A stretch of DNA of 64,000 nt. It comes from Elsinoe ampelina. Lineage: Eukaryota. Of the stretch, positions 56,907 through 64,000 are shown one piece after another. The DNA lies in the NCBI GenBank assembly GCA_010093995.1, contig ML992523.1:20266-84265 (forward strand), read 5' to 3'. The notes below the pieces were generated by a model that was not told the DNA's origin, did not search any database, and saw only the letters and a list, made by a program, of their open reading frames with translations. Position 1 is the stretch's first letter. The number at the start of each line of letters is the position of its first letter. The position numbers and the translations under genes were made by a program.

Positions 56907-57959
56907 ATGATGGGATTCTTCTCCAGAGCGTGGTGGCTCTGCCGCAAACTCTGCTTGTATGGATGTCTTGCTTCAACCGTCTTCACCATCTTCATCGTTG
57001 CGTGCGGCTATTTCCTGGCTCTGAAACCATACGAGGACGGTCTTGAGTACGAGAGCTATGTTCGCAATCAAATCAAGGAGCACACATCTAATTCTACATC
57101 GACATTGCCGCCGAAATTAGGATACGACAAACATGTCACGGATCCATTGCTACACAACGCGGATCAGCTGTGGGCTCCCACATACAACACACCGCTAGGT
57201 CTCCATAACGGACACTTCTTAGGAGCGGTCCGCGGTTACGGTAAACGAGAGGGCAAACATAGCTGGGTCTTCGTTGGAGGGACCAATCCGGACCTGGGCT
57301 TTTGGTCGCTGCCAGTGGCAGTAGCTCGAGCCAACGGATCCTGTGTCGACCCGCCTGCCATGTGTAAAGGCTATACAACTGGCTACCAGCGACTGGTCGA
57401 TCAGCAACGGGCACGTCCAAATGAGCAGCTATCGAAGACGAAATTCTTCTTTGCCGACTGCGATGTCAGCCCGGCCATCTGCGACTACTGGGCGGCGAAT
57501 CCCTCCATGATGGTCCACGTGGAGACCATGAAGCCGTGCCAGTTCATGACCGACCATTACGAAGGAGAGCGACCTCGACTAGTCTACCTGTGCTCTGTCA
57601 AATGGACCTACATTGCCCTACCCATTGAGAAGATGCCTTTCAATAGGAAGGTTAGGATTGCCGGCAAGCTTGTACCTGCTTTCCCATCAGAGTACGAGCA
57701 GCTGCGAGCCATGGTGTGGTATGACGGTGTTGTCCAGGCCCTGGAAGACTTCAATTCGACGACGACAGACTTTTATGATGCTTCAAAAGCTGTTCCATTG
57801 CCTGAGCCTGAGATGGATCTTGGTGTAGAAGGGACATACGACTCGTTGCAGTCTGTGGGACAAGATCTGGCAAAAGGATACATGAAACTCCGAGGAAAGA
57901 TCACTGGCCAAAGAGTGAACGAGACGGAAAAGTATGACATATCTAGACCATTCATGTAG
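56907..57959 (+). CDS. Membrane-anchored hypothetical protein with possible thioredoxin-like fold
   Basis: N-terminal TM helix; WVFVGG...C....C and FFADCDVSPAICDYWAA patterns. Start uncertain. Confidence 0.55.
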   Translation: MMGFFSRAWWLCRKLCLYGCLASTVFTIFIVACGYFLALKPYEDGLEYESYVRNQIKEHTSNSTSTLPPKLGYDKHVTDPLLHNADQLWAPTYNTPLGLHNGHFLGAVRGYGKREGKHSWVFVGGTNPDLGFWSLPVAVARANGSCVDPPAMCKGYTTGYQRLVDQQRARPNEQLSKTKFFFADCDVSPAICDYWAANPSMMVHVETMKPCQFMTDHYEGERPRLVYLCSVKWTYIALPIEKMPFNRKVRIAGKLVPAFPSEYEQLRAMVWYDGVVQALEDFNSTTTDFYDASKAVPLPEPEMDLGVEGTYDSLQSVGQDLAKGYMKLRGKITGQRVNETEKYDISRPFM

Positions 57960-58041
57960 TTGTAGTATCTAATCTTGACCAATGTCACAATGTTTGTATT
58001 CATAGGAAGAAGGACGAGAACCTCGCGGTGTCGGTGCCATC

Positions 58042-61000
58042 TGTTGTAACTGGCAAATCGGATCGAGAGACGTATGTTTCATTCAGAGAGTTACAATAAC
58101 CGATTTATCTACTATGCGTACGCTGACTTATTAGTACTAGTTCTTTAGTACTAGAGAAGCTATACTAGCCTTCTATTATAACACTTCCCCTCTAGTATAG
58201 ATTATTAAAGCTAGAGAACTATCCTATTATATATAAGTAAAGTAATTACCTTATTACTTTATCTCTTTATAATTACTTATAATTATTAGTATTAGCTAAT
58301 TATTAGTAAGAATTTACTATTAGTTTAGCTTATAATTACTAGTAATAATAGTAACTATTAATAATAGCTAGGTAGCTATTGTTTATATAAATAGACTAGC
58401 TTATAAGTCTTAATTAAAGAGATATAAGTATCTAACTAGCCTCTTTATAATTTCTTCTTTCTTTATTATACTTATAGTAGTAGCTTTTTCTTTTATATAA
58501 CACTTTTATCTTCTTACTATACTATATTAATAACACTTATAATATAAGTACTATAGTATAGTAATAGCTAAGCATTAGTAGTATTACTACTAGTACTAGT
58601 ACTCTAAGTAGTCTACTAGGTAGTAGAGGTAATAGTAAGAAGAGAAATTCTCTATTAAGGTTATCTAGTACTTCTAATATTAATTATAATACTACTATAA
58701 GACTAATTACTTATCTTAATACTCTTAGTAAGTAGCTATAAAGTATTAATAGTATAAGCTAATATTAATAGCCTAATTAACTTAGACTTTAACTTAATAG
58801 TTAGCCAATATAATCTAAAATACTCTCCTTAGGCTTAGAATAATTAGTTATTATAACTATACTAACTTATATCCTATCTAGAGGTCTATAGTAGTCTAGG
58901 CCTTTAGTATCTATAGTATATACCTAGTAGTTACTAATCCTATTCTAGTTAAGGATCTAACTAAGTAAGTTAACCTTACTAGATCTACTAACTACTCTAC
59001 TACTTTAATAGCTTCTAGTACTACTAGTAGAGTAGTCTACTATAGTACTAATTACTATACTAAGTATTAAGGATCTAACCCTAGTAATAATTAGAGTAAG
59101 AGTAGAGGTAGTAAGTTTAGTAAGTATATTACTTTACCTAGTTAGCTTAATAAGGCCTATACTTACTATACTTATAGTAACTAATATACTAGATATTTCT
59201 TAGCTAACTATACTTTAACTCTAAGGCCTATTAGCTCTCTTAAACCTATAAGGACCTTAAGTAGCTTAAGAGTTATTACCTAGCCTATTCTATATAGCCT
59301 AATATATCTACTAATAGAGCTTCTAAGGTCTATCTCTTTTAGTAGTACTTTACCTTAGAAGTTCTTACTAAAGGCCTATATACTAGAAATATTATTAGGT
59401 ATAGTTAATACCTTAATAACTTATACTAACTCTTACTACTTTATAGTAGTCCCTATAAACTTTATAGATCCTACTAACCTAACTACTACTAAGGTTTATA
59501 ACTTAGCTACTATAGTAATAAACTATATAGTAGAGCTTATAAGAATTATAGCTACTAGCTACTCTAGTTAGCTTTCTTCTATTTATACTTTTATACTAGG
59601 CCTAGTACTAATAAGGTATAGTAGGTCTAGATCTAACACTTCTATAAGGTCTACTAGTAGTAATAAGAGAAGAAGTTCTTCTTCTATAAAGAAGTAATTT
59701 AAGGTAGAGAATAGGTAGGGGTTATTAAAAGTAATAATAGTACTAAGTAGTAGATATAGCTTAGATATAAGTAGCTAGTAATAGAGTTATAATAGCTTTT
59801 CCTTTCTCTCTTCTTAATAATAAAGTAATTTACTTTAAGCTTTAGATAAATAAGATAGCTTAATAAGTAGTAGTAGTATAAATAACATACTTAAAATAAT
59901 AATATATATAAAATCTAAATAAGTATATAGTATAGATATATACTAAGTAATTAGCCTTTACTAATTAATTAAGAATCTTATTAAGAGACTTAGGCTTTAT
60001 AAGTGTATTAGCTAATTACTAAGTTATATTAATATACTTAAGCTTAATTACTCTAAGTTTATACTACTCTCTATAGTAATAATTCCTTAGATTAATATAC
60101 TTAAATCTCCTTAAGTTAGTATAATCTCTTATAAGTTTAATAGCTAATTTGTTATTAATAAAGACTATAGTTAGGCTAAGGTAAATATTAGTAAGTAGCC
60201 TAAGTTTAATAATAAGATTTCTTAACTAATTAATCTCTCTATAGGTCTTAGTAAAGGTAAGGTATTTAGCCTTAGTACTTAATAATATAATAATCTTCTA
60301 TAGCCTTAACTTCTAAATAACTAGTATACTAAGTATATAAATAATAGTACTAGATATAGATCTTATAGTTAATCTATCTCTAGTAAAGTCTAAGTTAGAG
60401 TAAGCCTTAATTATATTAACTAATAGTCTATTAGTCTTCCTAAAGGTAAGGCCCTTTATAATAGTCCTATTAATATACCTCTAGATCTATTTAGCTATAA
60501 CTATATAAACTATAGTTAGATTCTAAAGGAACCTAGCTAGGTAATTAGTAGTATAGCTAATATTAGGCCTTATATTATTAGCTAGATATTATAATTTACT
60601 AATAATTTAATTAAATATCTTATAGTATTAAGTATTAACTTAGCTATTAGTTAGTTTATAGAGTTAATTAATAAGATACTTTATAGTTCTTACTTAGTAA
60701 AGATTATAGTCTTTAAGCTTCTCCTTTAAGTAGTATAATTACTTAATCTTAATTATGTTCTTAGTTCTATAAAGTTAAATACTAAGAAAGAGATTTAAGT
60801 TTATAATTTTTATTAGAAACTTAAGATAAAGATCTTTAACTAGCTTATCTATATACTTCTACCTAGTAGTAATAATCCTAAAGTTATTAATATATATAAG
60901 AACTATATAATACTTATTAATAAAGAGATAAGTATTACTATAGAATTTGTTAAAACTAAGTAATAGAAGTGCCTTAACTATAGCGTTATACTAGAGGGTA

Positions 61001-63237
61001 GTAGCTTACTTAAGCCTATATAAGTCTTTTATAAGAATAATAAGCTTATTCTATTTACTAGGAATTAGTATACCTTCTAAGTAGGAGATATAGTTCTTAA
61101 TATTAATATCTAGTCTAAGAAATATAGTAACTATATTAGCTATTATAATAACCTAGTTATAATAAAGAGTATATATAAGAATTACTCTTCTAGTTTTAGC
61201 TCTTAGTATTAGTATAAAGGTTCTAACAAAGTTAATATCTACTCTTTAAGTAAAGCCCCTTATAGTCTAATAAGCCTTATATCTTTTAACTTTACTATTA
61301 GTAAGCCTCTTAGTCTTAAAGACCTATTTACCTATTATTAGCCTAACACCTCTTAGTACCTATAATTTCTTAATAATTAAAAAGGTTTTAGAGTTAGTTA
61401 GAGCCTTCTACTCTATCTCTATTATAGCTTACTAATAATAACCTTTAGGAGAGAATAGTATATCTCTTACTATTTATAGGTCTAGCTTAAAATTAATAGC
61501 TATAGATCTACTAATCTTACTATTATTAAGTTTCTTATAATTAATCTAGTAATATATTCTAAGGGACCTTTTAATAGTTTCTTATAGTAAGAAAGATCTT
61601 TTCCTTTTACTAGTTAAAGGTTATATATTAAATAGTATAATAAGAAAGTTAATATTCTTATTCTATATATATATTAGTAATTAATTAATATCAACTATAG
61701 AATTAAAGGTTAAATATAGTTTACTAATAACTTTAAGTAGTAGTATTATAAGGTCTTTACTCTTATAATTAGTAATAATAAGTTACTTCTCCTATTTATT
61801 AATAGGTTAAAAATCTAGTTTAGGATATTAGTGTTACTCTCTCTATTCTTTAATAGGGATAGATAATTATTATTTATATCTAGGAATTAAAGAGTAGTTA
61901 GATGTTAGTTATTTAGCTTAAGGTTATTTAGCTTAAGTAGTTTATAGATTCTTATAACTAAAAGGTAATTAATTCTAGCTATAGTCTTAATTATAATTAC
62001 TACTAAATGTCTACTCTCTCTAAAGCTATAAAGCCTTAAGTTATTATACCTATAGGATATATAGCTATTTAATAACTTATATTACTTAGTCTTTATAGAC
62101 TATATTCTTATTAAATGTTATATAGGGTAATATAATAATCTTTCCCTTCTAGGCTTACTAAGTATAATACTAATAGAGTATCTAGATAAGGTAATTAGTT
62201 ATTAAGTTATTCTATATACTAATATACTAACTAAGTAGTACTCTAGCTTAAAATTTATATAATTTAGAAACATGTTAGTTATAGATATAGGCTCTATAGC
62301 TAAAGCATCTAATATAAGTTAATAAGACTAGCCTATTATTATTAAGAAGATTCTTTCTTAGCTCTTATATAGGGATCTTCTTAGTTTTAATATAGGTAAT
62401 TCTATTACTAATATAAATTATAAACTTTATAACTATATACTAGAGTTTAAGAAGTGCTCTATAATTAATAAAGATATACCTTATTCTAAGAATAACTACT
62501 TTATTAGTAGCCTTAGATTTACTATTTTAGTATTAAGTATTAGTAGTATAACTATTAGAGCAAGGTCGGCCCCTTTAGGTTTAGTACTATACTAGAGTTT
62601 AGGTTAGCCTCTAGCTAGCGTAGTGCCGCTAAGAGCTTAGTAGTACTAGTACTAGCTCCGTACTATAGCTATAATAGCACTATACTAGTACTAGGTATAG
62701 GTTAAGTTATATATATTCTAGACGTAGTATAGTACTAGGTTAGGTCGGTAGATAAGTAGTATAGTACTATTAAGTCCTTAGTGTACTTTTACTAGCACTA
62801 TACTAGAGTTACTATTCTTATAGTAAATTCTTATAGTAACTACTATGTTCTATAACTCTTATTACTTTTCTGCTCTAAATACTTAAAGTTATAGTAGGTA
62901 AAGAATACTAGAGAGAAGCAAAAGTTATTAATTATTAACTCTTATATATAATTATAACCTAATAGTAATTTATAGAAGATTAACCTAATTAATATTATCT
63001 ATATAACTCTTATAAGTCTATTTTATATACTTAGCTAGTAAGCTATATACTACCTAGAACTAATACCTTATTATCTTATTATCTACTTGATCTAGAGAAT
63101 ATTCTATCCTTAGTAAGTTTACCCTTATATAAATTATAACTCTTAACTAGTAAACTAAAGTACTAAAGCTATTAGGTAGAGTCTAAGACTAGAATAATTA
63201 GTTCTAGGTAGTTTAGCCTTTCTACTAACTTATAGTA
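58042..63237 (-). mobile_element. RIP-degraded Ty1/copia LTR retrotransposon (3' LTR 58042-58183, PPT, pol remnants)
   Basis: After reverting RIP changes the minus strand reads RT LYGLKQA (~61005-61025) and YVDD (~60883-60894), then RNase H YSDSDFAGD and WKSRLQKIVTLSSTEAEY (~60260-60405), SKHIDLR and LADALTKP (~59990-60020). The far boundary is approximate. Confidence 0.85.
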
Positions 63238-64000
63238 CAGTTGCGGATTGCCTTAATACTATTAGATTACTAGTTAATAGTAAGTATAAGGCTATCTAGG
63301 GCCTTAATCTTTGCCTAAAGGTTGTTAATAAATTTATAGTAAGTAATATTAGCCTAACGAATAATAGAGAGGCAAGTAGTAGATATAGTAGTAGATTTAC
63401 TTAAATTCTAGCAACTATTAGTATAAGTTATACTATAGCGACGTAAAGGTATACTAGATAGTTATTTAAATGTTTCTAAGGAGAGAAAGAAGTAACTTAG
63501 CTAATAATCTACTTATATCTCTTAGTATAATAATAGCTATTGTTTAATAATAGCTATTATTAGTATTGTTGTTTTTTTATAATAGATAATAGCTATTATT
63601 TATATTATTGTTCTTATAATAGGTAATACTAGATATATATACCTTTTAGTTACTATTTCTTCTTCTTTCTCTTAAACCTCTCTTTCTTATTGTTTAATAC
63701 TTTCTTCTATAATATCTTCTTCTTATACTTAACTCTACCTCGACCTAGTAGATCTAATTCTCTTTTAGCCTTATAAGATAACTCCTAGTAACTACGCTAG
63801 GCCCTTATACCTACGCTAGTTTAAAGCCTATATCTACTATATAACTCTTATATATCTTAACTTTAATAATAACTACAAAATCTAAGCTAAATATATCTAT
63901 AATAACTATAGAGGTTCGGTACTTCGCTATAAAGCCTACTATACTTATAATACTCCTTATAACTTTATAGGTGTTTCTAATCTAATCTTTCTTTATAATC
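63238..64000. mobile_element. Possible separate RIP-degraded DNA transposon end (Tc1/mariner-like)
   Basis: TA followed by a GC-richer CAGTTGCGGATTGCC, resembling TSD plus TIR. The other end is not in the window. Confidence 0.3.

Noticed and set aside
1..59070. Whole island as one giant TIR transposon
   Set aside because: The inverted flanks are PPT plus LTR ends of copia elements, and the interior holds core genes (formin, MTQ1-like, APA).
62545..62800. GC-richer patch inside the copia remnant, possibly a nested solo LTR
   Set aside because: Ends and TSD could not be defined with confidence in RIP-damaged sequence.

Overview
Filamentous ascomycete DNA (Pezizomycotina, probably Dothideomycetes; inferred from GT-AG introns with CTRAC branch sites and RIP). 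A GC-balanced gene island of about 57 kb (1031-58041) lies between two AT-rich, RIP-degraded Ty1/copia elements of one family whose 3' LTRs face each other. About 21 genes can be read. The left part carries backbone-less tailoring/detoxification enzymes (UGT, SnoaL-like, NmrA-like, DUF1772, P450, FAD monooxygenase, PrpF) mixed with housekeeping genes (Ap4A phosphorylase, HemK/MTQ1). Next comes a frameshifted tyrosine-recombinase relic. It is followed by a putative secreted redox module: an uncharacterised Ig/PKD-domain protein divergently paired with a bilirubin-oxidase-type multicopper oxidase across a promoter holding four phased PacC-consensus sites, then a generic class II heme peroxidase. 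The rest holds a GNAT, an aldo-keto reductase, two PTH11-like membrane proteins, an ABCA transporter, the formin SepA, two orphan ORFs bracketed by a diverged direct repeat, a GH114, a DAO-family oxidoreductase and a thioredoxin-like membrane protein. All assignments come from motif reading by eye; no database searches were run.
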